Shown: positions 23,557-34,497 of the stretch, piece by piece
Layout: the number at the start of each line of letters is the position of its first letter
Numbering within the stretch: position 1 is the first letter of the stretch
Source: Polymyxa betae A26-41
Lineage: Eukaryota; Protista; Endomyxa: Phytomyxea
Direction of reading: 5' to 3'
Assembly: GCA_003693705.1 (NCBI GenBank)
Contig: RBZT01000371.1
Location: 1-34,497, forward strand
Length of the DNA: 34,497 bases
The notes under the pieces: model-generated
Seen by the model: the letters and a program-made list of their open reading frames with translations, nothing else
The model's database searches: none
What the model was told of the DNA's origin: nothing
Made by a program: the position numbers and the translations under genes

Positions 23557-23565
23557 AAACCCTAA
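23557..23565 (+). promoter_or_regulatory. Telo-box-like motif AAACCCTAA in the divergent FKBP/PARN promoter
   Basis: Exact AAACCCTAA between two divergent starts. Confidence 0.25.
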
Positions 23566-23755
23566 CGCCTAATTATAGCGTCTATACCGAATTTCGCCCA
23601 GGGATTACAGTTTGTCATGCTGATCGATCGATACTTCAACTTGATTGATTACGTATTTTTTTTAAGCGCTCTGTTTCAAAAAATAAAAAAGTTATGGTGG
23701 TTTTCGCATTTGTCGTCAAGAACATCGGGCAATATAAGGTAGTCAAAGCGGAAAT

Positions 23756-25180
23756 ATGACGGCGGAAGTCCAGATGCTGCAGCAACTGCTGCCGACCGCT
23801 GAGTTCATTGCGATCGACCTCGAATTTACTGGCCTGAATCCGTATCAAGACACGATGCCTCGGTATTTTGACACCATCGACCTGCGATACCAGCAAGCCA
23901 AGTATGGATGCAATGCTGTTGTGGATATTGTCTGATACCATTCTGGTTTAGAGATGTTGCTGATGTTTTCACTGTGATTCAGCTGGGGCTCTGCGTTTTC
24001 AATCGGGCTCGTGATGGCATTCTTTCCGCATATCCAATGTCGTTTTTAATTCGACCTTCTAACGGGATATTTTCTTGCCAGACAACTTCAAGTCAGCATT
24101 TTGATAATTCACAAAGCTTTGCTGAAAGTCTGCAGTTCGGTTTCTTGTTGATGATGGACAATTCGATTTTAACGAATTGTTTCGTAATGGTATGCCGTCT
24201 TTCGCTCTCATTAAAAATCCTTCATTATGTATCCAGGGCTTCCCAGTAATACTTCAGGCCGAGAGATTATGAGGCAAATCAGCGAATCGAAAGTGCCTTT
24301 AGTAATGCATAACGGTCTACTGGACCTAATGTTCATTATCAAGACGTTTTTCGAGCCAATCGCAAAAACGCTACTCTCGTTCAAAGAGCAGTGCAGACGA
24401 TTGTTCCCGACCGTTTTCGATTCGAAGCTTGTATGCAGCAAAAGCGAGCATCTTAGAGGGACATTCGGGAGCTTCTGGCTAGAAAAGGTCTTTGAGCATG
24501 TTAACACGGACGATCAGTTCATGGATCTGCCTCCTATTCGGATTGTAAACAGAAACCTGCATCAAAATTAGATTTTCTTAGTTCTTTTTCAGATGACACC
24601 CGGTTTTGAAGAGAAACAGCACCACGATGCAGCATTTGATGCTTATATGACAGGTGTCGTTTTCGCTCGAGCCCGTCATTTCATTCAGTATTCGTCATCG
24701 AAGTCCATTATGCAGACAGAAAACTGGCTTGTTGAAAGTATCGATTGGAGCACTTCTGACATTATGCACTTTGCCAACAGTAAGGTTCTGCTTTAATGAT
24801 CAAATCTTTTACATGAGAATTCACTAGGAATCTGCTTAAATCGCTGCATTCAGCATTTAAATCTCACAAGTGGTGATGTGCCTTCTTTTCGTGGTGTTTT
24901 GAAGGTAAGTTTGTCTCGATGTTCGCTTTTTGAGCGTAACCGTTCGTATTAGGTCGCCATTCAGGAGTCGTTGTCGATCCGTGTTCGAACTTCTCATATA
25001 GTGGATGTTTTAAAGCCCGTAATTCGGCAAGACCGTATGAAATTGTTATGGGACGATGACAAAACTGCATTCGCGATCCTGGGCGCCCAGTTTCATGACC
25101 GCTTACAATGGATAGCTACCACTGTAAACAATGCCACACGAATGGCTGGTTTCACTGTTGAACCGTTTTATGGTATATAA
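23756..25180 (+). CDS. PARN: Poly(A)-specific ribonuclease PARN-like (CAF1/DEDD family), compact form, multi-intron; start approximate
   Basis: AEFIAIDLEFTGL, FDTIDLRYQQ, FTVIQLGLCVF, PLVMHNGLLDLMF, FPTVFDSK, HDAAFDAYMTG. The DEDD residues are intact. Confidence 0.88.
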
Positions 25181-25583
25181 AATAATATTATCAAGGTGTT
25201 GGGCGTGATCCGGTTCCTATGCTAAGCTTGGGGTCAATGCCCACTGTTGACTTCTCGAAAGAAACCGTAATTCTTCAGATAATGTTAAAATTCCTGAACT
25301 TTCCAGCAGTTTCTGTTTTGTAACCTGCATACCCGTTTGCAAGCGATCCGAGTGCACAAATGAGGCAGCAACCAGATGAGATCAAAAGATGCAAATTGCC
25401 CATACAACAGCGCCACGCCAATATTCAATCATCTAAATGGCCGATCAGCCTAACATTGTGGCTCAATCCTAAGCTGAACAAAGCCAAGATCCACGAAATC
25501 ACACCACGATCCAAAACGATGTTGGTGAACTGCAAATTGAAATGAGTTCTGGGCTTCTGGCAACTGGACTTGCCAATCTCATC

Positions 25584-25636
25584 CGCATATTTTGTAATTT
25601 AAAGTGCGCATATTTTGTAATTAAAGTGCGCATATT
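25584..25636. repeat. Short tandem duplication, 22-23-nt unit, about 2.3 copies (CGCATATTTTGTAATT(T)AAAGTG)
   Basis: Directly visible, about 40 nt upstream of the ATG at 25678. Confidence 0.85.
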
Positions 25637-25677
25637 CTCCAAGAGAGCATTTGAAGTCGTGGCTCAGTCTGTCTAAG

Positions 25678-26010
25678 ATGAGTTTGGTGTCTCGTATTAT
25701 CAATTATCTCGCCCAGGAGCTCATTGTCAACAATCTGGGTAAGCAAATCTCTGTCGTCCGTGTTTCTTTCGATGATAGTACTTCAGCTAACAGTCGAGCG
25801 TTCCAACGAGGAGCATTGCGCATGCATGAAGTGGTTACGGAATCGAAACAGAAGGCGAATCAACTTCTGCAAGAGGCACAGAAAAGACTTGAACAGAGTG
25901 AGGCTGGAGCCCGTCAAAATCAGGCTTTAACTTTCTTCAATACGCTCAAGAGAAGCATGATGGAGGACATCGAAGCCATTAAACGCCAAGCCAATCAGAG
26001 ATCTCGTTAA
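25678..26010 (+). CDS. Small NCBP2-AS2/Mrx7-like protein (intron ~25739-25787)
   Basis: Spliced MSLVSRIINYLAQELIVNNL|ANSRAFQRGALRMH followed by a coiled coil. Family assignment is from memory. Confidence 0.6.
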   Translation: MSLVSRIINYLAQELIVNNLGKQISVVRVSFDDSTSANSRAFQRGALRMHEVVTESKQKANQLLQEAQKRLEQSEAGARQNQALTFFNTLKRSMMEDIEAIKRQANQRSR

Positions 26011-26096
26011 ATTTGTATTGTTCAGATGTCCTATAGAGTTCAGTACATATTGCTATAGTTTTTAGTAGATTTCTCTTTCAATTATAGAACTCTATT

Positions 26097-26981
26097 CTAA
26101 ACGCAGCTCGCCTGTCAGCTTTTCTTGCTGGTGATGATAAACCAATGCAACCATTCTCATGCAACTTTCGTATTTCACTGTACGTATATTAAGAGTTTTA
26201 TTAACTATACCGTTTAATGGCAGATGCCAGCTCCTTTAGCTGTTGGTAACTGGATGTGAATTTCAGGACCAGACGCGGTTGTTATTCTTGGATCTGGCAC
26301 ACGTGCATGCACGACCGGCTGATAACGGTGATTCTTTTTCAGGAACGGCTCAAAAGTCTTGATCGCTGGCCTTTTCAAAAAGAACCCATTCATGTAATTA
26401 GGGCGGGCCGGTACGCTCTGCTTGTGTTTTTGCCCCTGGAGCTCTTCCTGTGTCGCCCCTGTTGGTTATCAGATATGGTTTGGGAACGTATTATGTAAGC
26501 AACCTGGTACAGATCCGGTGGATCTGCTACGAACATGTCTGGGAATGCTAAGCCGATCCCAGATTTTCCCACGCTTCCTGATATCGTCGTCATTGTCAGT
26601 ATCTTCGCCAAGCGATTGTCGCGACTGACGATTATATGCCGATCCTAATGTTTTCCTGCTAATCTGGTGCGTTTGACTCCCATATGCATCAAAAACCTGA
26701 TGCTAATTAGCTCCTTTGTTATCGGCTATCAAATTGCCCACCTCTGATAGAGATTTACTCGTGCTAGATGACTTCGCCGATTGAACCCGACATAATTTCG
26801 ACTGCACTTCATCATCAATGCCAATTTTCTCATTCGATTGCTGCTGTTTCTTTCGATTCTTCTTTTTGCTATTACGTCCGTTGTTAGATTGTCTTCGCAA
26901 TCCTTCGATTGCTCGGTCGTTGTAGATTGCAACTGCGGGCAGAAATGAACTATTATGCCATCGAAAGCTGCTCACACCCAT
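26097..26981 (-). CDS. Hypothetical low-complexity, basic/Ser-rich protein with introns; ends uncertain
   Basis: Open frames MGVSSFRWHNSSFLP..KKKNRKKQQQ..; RKRGKIWDRLSIP, joined by plausible GT-AG introns. No family recognised. Confidence 0.45.
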
Positions 26982-27093
26982 GAATTGTGAGTTCCGTTGT
27001 AGCTGCAGCAATTCACCTCGACTCTAATAAATCTGATTTAATAAGTATGGTACGATCGGTACATTTCAGTAATATTTAGGTAGTATAAAATAA

Positions 27094-27496
27094 TTATTCA
27101 TAACCGTCTTCGTCGTCAGCTGGAGCAGCTCCGCTGAGATTAATGGCATAACATCCTCGAACAAGCGAATCTGAGAGAGCTGTTCAATAGAAGCAAGTAA
27201 CCATAGAAGGCATTACACACCAATCTGTTGATATCTTGCAACCCAGCTATCTTTGGGGTTAATTAAGGCAATCATTCTACATTTTCGCATTAAGAATGAA
27301 GCAAAGAGCGAAAAAATGCAACAAACCCGTCGAAAGATGGCGTTGTGTATCTGGTTATCCTATCGATATCACCATCCAGTCCTAGATCAGGGCAGTTCTC
27401 ACAACCGTGTTCTCTGAATTCGCTCAGGTTCTTGATTAGCCTGCATTGCAAGCAAGCACGCAGGTTCCTCATGCTAGTCGGAGCCGGTGCAGCCAT
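27094..27496 (-). CDS. SPT4: Transcription elongation factor SPT4, 2 introns
   Basis: LRACLQCRLIK..F...GCENC..TTPSFDG|MIALINPKDSWVARYQ..|GCYAI. Confidence 0.96.
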
Positions 27497-27949
27497 CTTA
27501 TCTCGTCAAATCTATGGCGTCTTCCGTCCTGGCAATTGATCAAGTTATGCGCTCGCAATTCCCGTCGAATCTCATTCACCGCTGAACGAGCCCGGACGAT
27601 TTGAAGTCTCTGAACCTACGACTACTGTACCTAAATGCCAATAAAGAGGCGTAGTTGGGAATGTTTTAAACTTTCTGTCATAAGCGAATCGCAAAAGGAT
27701 TTTCTCGTCAATCATATCTCTGTGTGTCTTAAAATCAGCAACTCTCACATTGTGAAATGGGACCAGCTCTAATCTTATATATTCTATTTGTGAATTTGTA
27801 GCTATGCCCCTAGGTGAGTGAACATTCACAAATTCCAATTTTGTTTCGAGTGCAAACTGCAAACAAAAAGGTGGCGCAGCCCTCCACTAAGGTATCGTTC
27901 GTTGTTTTCTTAAATCTTGAGCATTCGACTTATTGCAGGGTTGCTGAGT

Positions 27950-29128
27950 ATGGGACGTGATGGAATGCGATCCTACTTCCAGACGAAGATCGACGAGCTC
28001 GATCTGGTTGTCCAGGCCAGAAGTATGAACCTTCTTAGGCTCGAGGCCCAGCGCAACGATCTTAACGCCCGCGTTCGGCGGCTTCGTGACGAGCTCCAGC
28101 TCCTTCACGAACCGGCATCGTACGTTGGCGAAGTTGTCAAAGTCATGGGTAAAAACAAGATTCTGGTCAAAGTGCATCCAGAAGGAAAATACGTTGTTGA
28201 CCTTGACAAGTCTCTACAAACCAGTGATATCAAAGAAAACGCTCGGGTCGCTCTTCGAAATGACAGTTATACTCTTCACAAGGTCCTCCCGACAAAAGTC
28301 GACCCATTAGTTAGTTTAATGAGAGTGGAGAAAGTTCCTGACGCTACTTACGATATGGTCGGAGGTCTCGATAAGCAGATTAAAGAAATCAAAGAAGTTA
28401 TCGAGCTGCCGATCAAACATCCTGAGTTATTTGAAAGTCTTGGAATTGCTCAGCCTAAAGGTGTTCTGCTATATGGCCCTCCTGGAACAGGAAAGACGCT
28501 TCTGGCCCGAGCTGTCGCTCATCACACCGATTGCTGTTTCATTCGTGTTTCCGGTTCTGAGCTTGTCCAGAAATATATCGGAGAAGGGTCACGAATGGTT
28601 CGCGAATTATTCGTTATGGCACGGCAGCATGCTCCATCGATTATATTTATGGATGAAATCGACTCCATTGGTGGAACCCGAATTGATTCTACACGAGGTG
28701 GCGACTCGGAAGTTCAGCGAACAATGCTTGAACTACTGAACCAGCTGGACGGTTTTGAACCCACTCAGAGCATTAAAATTCTAATGGCCACGAATCGAAT
28801 TGATATCTTGGATCCGGCGCTCCTTCGTCCAGGCCGTATCGACCGTAAGATAGAATTCCCTAATCCTGGAGAAGACGCGCGATTACATATTCTGAAGATC
28901 CACTCCAGAAAGATGAACCTGATGCGAGGCATCGATTTAAAGAAGGTCGCTGCACATATGGGTGGTGCTTCTGGTGCTGAATCTAAGGCCGTCTGTACTG
29001 AAGCTGGTATGTTCGCTCTTCGAGAGCGGCGCATTCACGTGACGCAGGAGGATTTCGAGATGGCAGTTGCTAAAATTATGCAAAAAGACACCGACAAAGA
29101 AACTTCGCTCCAGATGCTCTGGAAATAA
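27950..29128 (+). CDS. PSMC5: 26S proteasome AAA-ATPase subunit RPT6 (intronless)
   Basis: [52 protein letters not shown]-terminal LWK. Confidence 0.98.
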   Translation: MGRDGMRSYFQTKIDELDLVVQARSMNLLRLEAQRNDLNARVRRLRDELQLLHEPASYVGEVVKVMGKNKILVKVHPEGKYVVDLDKSLQTSDIKENARVALRNDSYTLHKVLPTKVDPLVSLMRVEKVPDATYDMVGGLDKQIKEIKEVIELPIKHPELFESLGIAQPKGVLLYGPPGTGKTLLARAVAHHTDCCFIRVSGSELVQKYIGEGSRMVRELFVMARQHAPSIIFMDEIDSIGGTRIDSTRGGDSEVQRTMLELLNQLDGFEPTQSIKILMATNRIDILDPALLRPGRIDRKIEFPNPGEDARLHILKIHSRKMNLMRGIDLKKVAAHMGGASGAESKAVCTEAGMFALRERRIHVTQEDFEMAVAKIMQKDTDKETSLQMLWK

Positions 29129-29383
29129 ACTCAACAATTTCCGACTTTAGTTGTAAAATCTGCTTCGTCAATGTTGAAGCAATTGAACTCGATCGGACCG
29201 ATTCCTATAAGAAACGTAAATGTCTGCTGTGACTTATAGAGACAAAACTGTAAGGTGTAACTGCTGATAGGAACATCCCCCATAGTACCGACCACGTGAA
29301 TGTTTCCGACCCGAGCAAACACACGACCTGATATTTTGACTAAAACCACTGGAATTTACTCATTTGTTAAATACTGCTGGATC

Positions 29384-30211
29384 TTATGGATAGTCCGGTG
29401 TGATATGTGATTGGGACATTCGCATCAGTAAGTAGATGCCTGTTGATTCGTCCCGATGGGGTTTGAACGCAGTTGGGGCGATCACCCGCTGTGGCTCAGG
29501 TTCCTGACTCTGCCGCTTGCGCTTCATTCGGGACCATTTGATTTTAAGCCCATCGCAAGTCCGAGATTTTAATTGTTCGCTGAAACTTTCATCGCTCAGA
29601 ATCGCCTTCCAATTCGTCCCGTACTTGGCCTTTAGTTAGGGTTTATAATCGATTACTCTCTATGCATTATTTGTTACCATTCCCGACATTAAAGCTGCTT
29701 TTTCTGTTGAATCCCAATGTTTCCGGGAATGACTGTTTGCCCTTAAAGTCGTTTTCTCATTGTCCCGGGAATTTGCCCCTTCTGCATTGCCACTACATGT
29801 TTTCACTCGCTTGGCATACTGCCTAAACGAAAATTGGCCATAACAAAAATCTTTAAAACGGGCCAGCTACCTAATTCCATTATAGATTTGGGCCGCTTCG
29901 GCCGTTTTAACTAGGTCTGGCTCTTCATTTGATAATTCGTTTTGTGGATTTTTTATCGCTCCTTCCTGGTCCATATATTGTCGTTTATAAAGGTGTAATG
30001 CAGTCACTGCAGTGCGTCAGCGACTAGAAGCCAGCACAGAATTTCCAATCTATATTAAAGCTAGAACAGGAAACATACGATCCGTCTGAGTTATGGCCAG
30101 TCTAATATCATAGACCCTGGTTCCGATCTGTAGTGTTAGCTGCCACACGTAAACTTGGCTCTGACAATCGCCGAACCAATAATTGTTCTCATGATCAAAA
30201 CGGAGGTCCAT
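29384..30211 (-). CDS. Single Myb/SANT protein of the telobox (TRF/TRB)-like type; both ends uncertain
   Basis: Spliced RKHWDSTEKAALMSGM|AKYGTNWKAILSDESFSEQLKSRTCDGLKIKWSRM follows the W..E...L..G..KYG..W..IL....F....RT...LK.KW pattern. Confidence 0.7.
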
Positions 30212-30398
30212 TGCTCTCTCTCCTTTTCATTTGTAAGAACTACTCAGTTAGGATTATCTTCACCTTGCAGGATAATTCGAGCCGTGAGTGCGAATGTTTA
30301 TTGTATCCTTTGGGTCTGCACCTTGCGAATCTAAGCCATATAACAACTTTAATATTGTCAATTTACGATCTCAAAGCAACGTTCAAGTTCTTTCAAAC

Positions 30399-31963
30399 TC
30401 AGCCGCGACGTTTCACATCGCAAATAGTCTCCAGGACACTATTTGCAATGCTAAGGAGTTTAATCAAACTTAACTGCCCCAGAAGATCTCACTCGGAATC
30501 ATTCAAAGATTCGAAAATCTCGGTGATCGATTGTGTCATAGCTTCAGAAAATGCAGATAACGAGCTTCGAAGTTCAAGAATTTCACGATTGGCGTCACGA
30601 AACTCGCGTCTCAGTGTCAATACTTCCTATAATCACATATCAATAAAATGCACAGTTAGGATAAATGCTATGATACCTCCAAAACTGTTGACGTTTTGGA
30701 AGAGACAATGGGATGCATGTCGTATCGAGGTTCTTTCGGTAGAAAGTCCATTATCTTCGACTTCGTCACCGTTATGATATTGCCTTCAGGCCGAACATGA
30801 TCCAAATCTTTCTGGAATTCATCACGATCTAAACCGCCAGAGTAAACTCAGATTTTCATCTCTCAATGTCTTACCAGAACATTCTCTGCCTGCTTCAGAA
30901 TGAATCATCTCGCCCACTTCCGAATTGCCCGAATCTGCATTGTTTGAAATGAACCTTCTGGCAACCACATCATGCTCCGAGGCTATAAGGAGCGTGAAAA
31001 CGGCATCGGAAGAAATGGGACAGAGATCGACGACAGTTTCAGTGAAGTCGTACGACGACTCACAGTTGAGCAGATCACGAAGGGTTGGACAACGTATTTC
31101 GCCATCATTCCCAGCATAATAAGGCCATAACATAATGCCTGTTCTTGTCTGCACGATTACTACATGGTCGGAAGGGAATGTTTCGTGATTAAACAGCTCC
31201 AGCGGTAACGACCTGAGAATCTCATGCGTGGTTGAAGACTGTAACTGATGTTTAACTGGCCCAATAAGACGCTGAATTGAATCACAGGCAAGAATCCTGC
31301 TTTGTAGTTTTCCAGAGATATTGTAGACGCTGATTGACCCATTATCATGTCCAACAATAAGAGAAAGAGAAGCGAATAACAACGAAGCCACTGATGAGCA
31401 CGAATTGGACCACTGAATACGGTTTCCCTGAAATAACGTGACTTCATCAAGCGATGCAATTGCAAAATATCCTGTTGTAATGGCTGCGGTACGTGCTGGC
31501 ATATTCAAGTCTTTTATCGATCCATTGGTGATGACAAATGCTCGATCTGCACAGACAAGGCAGATTTCAGGAGAGATCAGCAAGCACGTCGGAGCGTGAT
31601 CAAGACGGAAGCTACCAAAGCAGTTCACAATCATTGCTGCATTGTCCACAGAACGTAAGCGTATTCGAAAGAGTTTCATGCAATAGCTATCATCGAATAT
31701 TGCCAAACTAAAAAGATACGAAGTCAGTGGTGACAATGCAATACTGTGTACAGCTCCATCTGTTTCAATTCTGCCTCGAAGCGTCACATCAAACTGGGCC
31801 TAGAGCCGGTTACCAGATCGAGCGTTAAACCAGCTCATTAACCTACAACTGTGAAAACTGAGACGGCATCATAATCGACGGCGGCTACGACATTTCCAGA
31901 TGAAACCAGCAGATGTGTACGAAGCTTTAAACGATGATCGACAATCTCTAATCGAGACGACAT
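30399..31963 (-). CDS. Divergent WD40-like beta-propeller protein with C-terminal coiled coil
   Basis: 321-aa beta-rich exon (LIVGHDNGSISVYN). A later exon encodes EVLTLRREFRDANREILELRSSL heptads. Confidence 0.55.
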
Positions 31964-32072
31964 TACAGATATGACAGATGACAGAGTCTGTGTCTAGTGA
32001 GGGTGGGTGGTTGCTGCTCTTTTCCTATCTAAATCAAAAACATACGTTAATGATAATACAATCAGATAGTTA

Positions 32073-32469
32073 TTATGACTTATAGATAAACTTTTCCAGA
32101 TCTTGCAGATGTTTATGGATTAGCGAGGCTTGTTTGGAAGCTGACAATAGGTCGGCGTAAGCAAGGTATAGTTCAGTGTTATTGTATTCGGTGGGTTTCG
32201 GGCACGAAGCAACCATCGTGGTCAGATTAGATCGCAGAGCTTCGACCTGACCGACAAATGACTTCCACATCAAGACAGATCTGTTGACGGCATCGCCATC
32301 GAGGCCGTCCATGACATTCAGAGCGCTTGCTGCCGTGTCTAGAGCTTGGGCGACGTCCTAAGCAAACAACATGGTCAGTTTAGAGAGCCTACAATGCATA
32401 TACACTGACATTCTCCAGATCGGTTAACGACTTGGATATGTCTGACTCTGGAATATCTGATCTTGACAT
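32073..32469 (-). CDS. Small helical protein, possibly Mediator subunit 11-like
   Basis: MSRSDIPESDISKSLTDLENVS|DVAQALDTAASALNVM..FVGQVEALRSNLT has Med11-like size and helix pattern. Not confirmed. Confidence 0.45.
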
Positions 32470-33559
32470 TTATAAACGTCTCTACGCAGATTGCCCATAT
32501 AGATACCAGTATGCGATTTATAAATTTACAACGTCTGTCTATCAATAGGAATGCATATTGATAGCTCATGACAATAGTTTTTGTAGCAACGTTAAACAGG
32601 GTTGGAGGAAATTGCTCTAATGACGAACGATTTCGTTCGCTGCAATTCCGAATGATTTCAAGTTGATTTCATGATATTATGTGTTAACTTGAGGTCGTAC
32701 GATTGCACTAAATTTCAGCATCACTGAAATAATTCTCGAAATCCTGTCTATCCAGATGGTACCGGTAGCATAACATGAACATACAAATGCAGGACCTGGA
32801 CCTGACGAAATGCAGAAAAGTGCGAGGTATCGTTCCACGCCGTTTTGAACCGAATCTTTATTTTTCTCCTCCTCCTCCTGCTTAATTATTCTCTCTGATC
32901 CAGTCCGTGCTCTCTACTCCTTCCACTTCCTCCTTCTGAACATTTAGGGAGTTCTCGGTTTATTACATCTATGTCTGTTGGGCACTCCGAGGAGCTGTTG
33001 CCGATATCGCCAGCTGGCCTTAAACCTATTCAAAGAATTCATAAGGCACTCATGGTTTTAGAATGCAGTTTGAAATCGATAGTTCTTCTACGAAGTGATA
33101 GTATTTGGTTTTTGAAAAGTTCTGCATGGATGCGAGCGGAATTGATCTTTAATCGTGGTCTGCCGTGTAAATTTGCCGCTGGCAGAGCTCTATCCTTATT
33201 TTTGGTGTCAGCGCTTTGGTGGGTCAGCTCTGCCCATTGCTGAAGATATTGTCGAAAAAAATGAGAAGCAGTCCGAGATTACCGGGAGTCCGTCCAGTCC
33301 CACCATGAATCAGGGAATATCCTCTCGAAAGGAATTGCAAAAACTCCATTGACCGGCAGTATTCCTTTAGACAGGTTCTACTGTAACATGATAGAACTGC
33401 ACTTCATCCCTACCAGTCACACAAAACGTCCCATTCCGGAAGTATGGTTCCCACGGTCTTAAACAGCCAAACTTTAGATTAGGGAAGCCCATAAAGATTA
33501 AAATCACCCAAATGCCGCACCACGGGACAAAAACTTCATTCTTCGAAAGATAAAATGTA

Positions 33560-34300
33560 ATCGACAGCAAGCTTTAACTTCAGTTTAATAAAAACAAGTA
33601 CGTGGTGCAGCAAATTTCCAACGAGGAACACCTTCCAACTGCAGAAACCCTGACGTTATGCTGTTTGTCATCAGCCATTGACAGCCATAACACTGTGAGA
33701 CGGCCGAACGACCATTCCACAGATTCTCTGACAAAACTCGTGATCCTGCACCTGCATTCGGGAACAGAGAGCATAGTTTATCAGAGCATCCGTACGCAGG
33801 ATCCCCATAGATTTGTTTTCCGTTGAGTTGCCTGTCAGTCTAAGCCGATCCACGATTCCGCTCATGGATGATATGATCCTGTCATGACGCCACAAACCTC
33901 CAAAGATGCTGGCAAACAAACCTCCAGAGTCGTGAATCCCTGATAAGTTGAGCAGTGTTGAGGATGGCCGTTGTACACAGGAGGCTCTCATTCGAAACAT
34001 CACCGGAGCTCGTTGGGCTAAATCTACAAATATACTGCCGTATACCACCGAACAAAACCCAAACGCAATTAAGCGGGCATTGTGCAGCAATTACGCCAGC
34101 GTAATCAGTTAAGCGCTCCTTGATCAATGTTTCAATAAAATAGTCTGTATCTTTGTGCTGGATACACAACAAGTAAACGGTAGGAGATAATTCTGGAGAT
34201 TGCAGACTCCAAATTCATTTAAATAACGAGGGGTGAGATCACTCGGTCAAGATATCGACTGCCCATTGGTTTTTAATTTGTTTACTTGGTCGGTCGCCCA
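33560..34300 (-). mobile_element. Decayed PIF/Harbinger (HARBI1/DDE_Tnp_4-type) transposase pseudogene
   Basis: Motifs in the expected order but in different frames: PLNCVW..GGIRQYICR (~34040-34078), YNGHP (~33964-76), RHD (33881-89), IYGDPAYG (~33790-813), SFVRESVEWSFG (~33703-738). Confidence 0.85.
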
Positions 34301-34497
34301 GTTCAGAGCTAAAACGAATGGACAACGCTCTGCAATCGGATTTGTAGGCATTCTATGTTGTAGGCTCTTAATTTGTAGGCGAGGCTCGGGTCGATCTCAG
34401 GGCCAACCTAAAGCGATTCGGTACTGATCCGAAGAACTGCAACCGCACCATCCATACTAATCAAGAAACGATTAGGATAAACCAGCAAGAATTTTCT

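Noticed and set aside
25584-25636. CRISPR-like array
   Set aside because: Head-to-tail duplication without spacers in a eukaryotic context.
29636-29644. Third telo-box (TTAGGGTTT)
   Set aside because: Coincides with the CTAAC branch point of a Myb-gene intron.
29384-30211. Myb gene as the Harbinger element's Myb partner
   Set aside because: Telobox-type domain, spliced, and separated from the transposase by two host genes.

Overview
Gene-dense eukaryotic (protist-like) genomic DNA with many very short GT-AG introns (about 43-70 nt) and intergenic gaps often under 150 bp. A TSNAXIP1-like ciliary gene, a GH18 chitinase-like gene and the tiny introns are compatible with a flagellated, zoosporic protist such as a phytomyxid (inference only). 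About 20 protein genes can be reconstructed: membrane-tethered GH18-like protein, TIS11-like CCCH protein, P4-ATPase, RRM protein, class I PDE, TSNAXIP1-like, PDI, TFIIH p34, GDP-fucose-type transporter, NSA2, DCN1-like, FKBP-TPR, PARN, NCBP2-AS2/Mrx7-like, SPT4, RPT6, TRF-like Myb, WD40-like, Med11-like and one orphan. A decayed PIF/Harbinger transposase lies at the right end. The most interesting signals are: (1) an intronless PDE with two N-terminal PKI-type PKA pseudosubstrate motifs (RRNAIC x2) and a remodelled nucleotide pocket; (2) an ~850-nt non-coding block (16.85-17.70 kb) with nested long-range helices whose G-U pairs are all on the + strand, plus a 3' pseudoknot or switch, which I cannot assign to a known RNA; (3) a second ~300-nt structured block just upstream of the PDE. 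Exon boundaries were derived by hand and are approximate.
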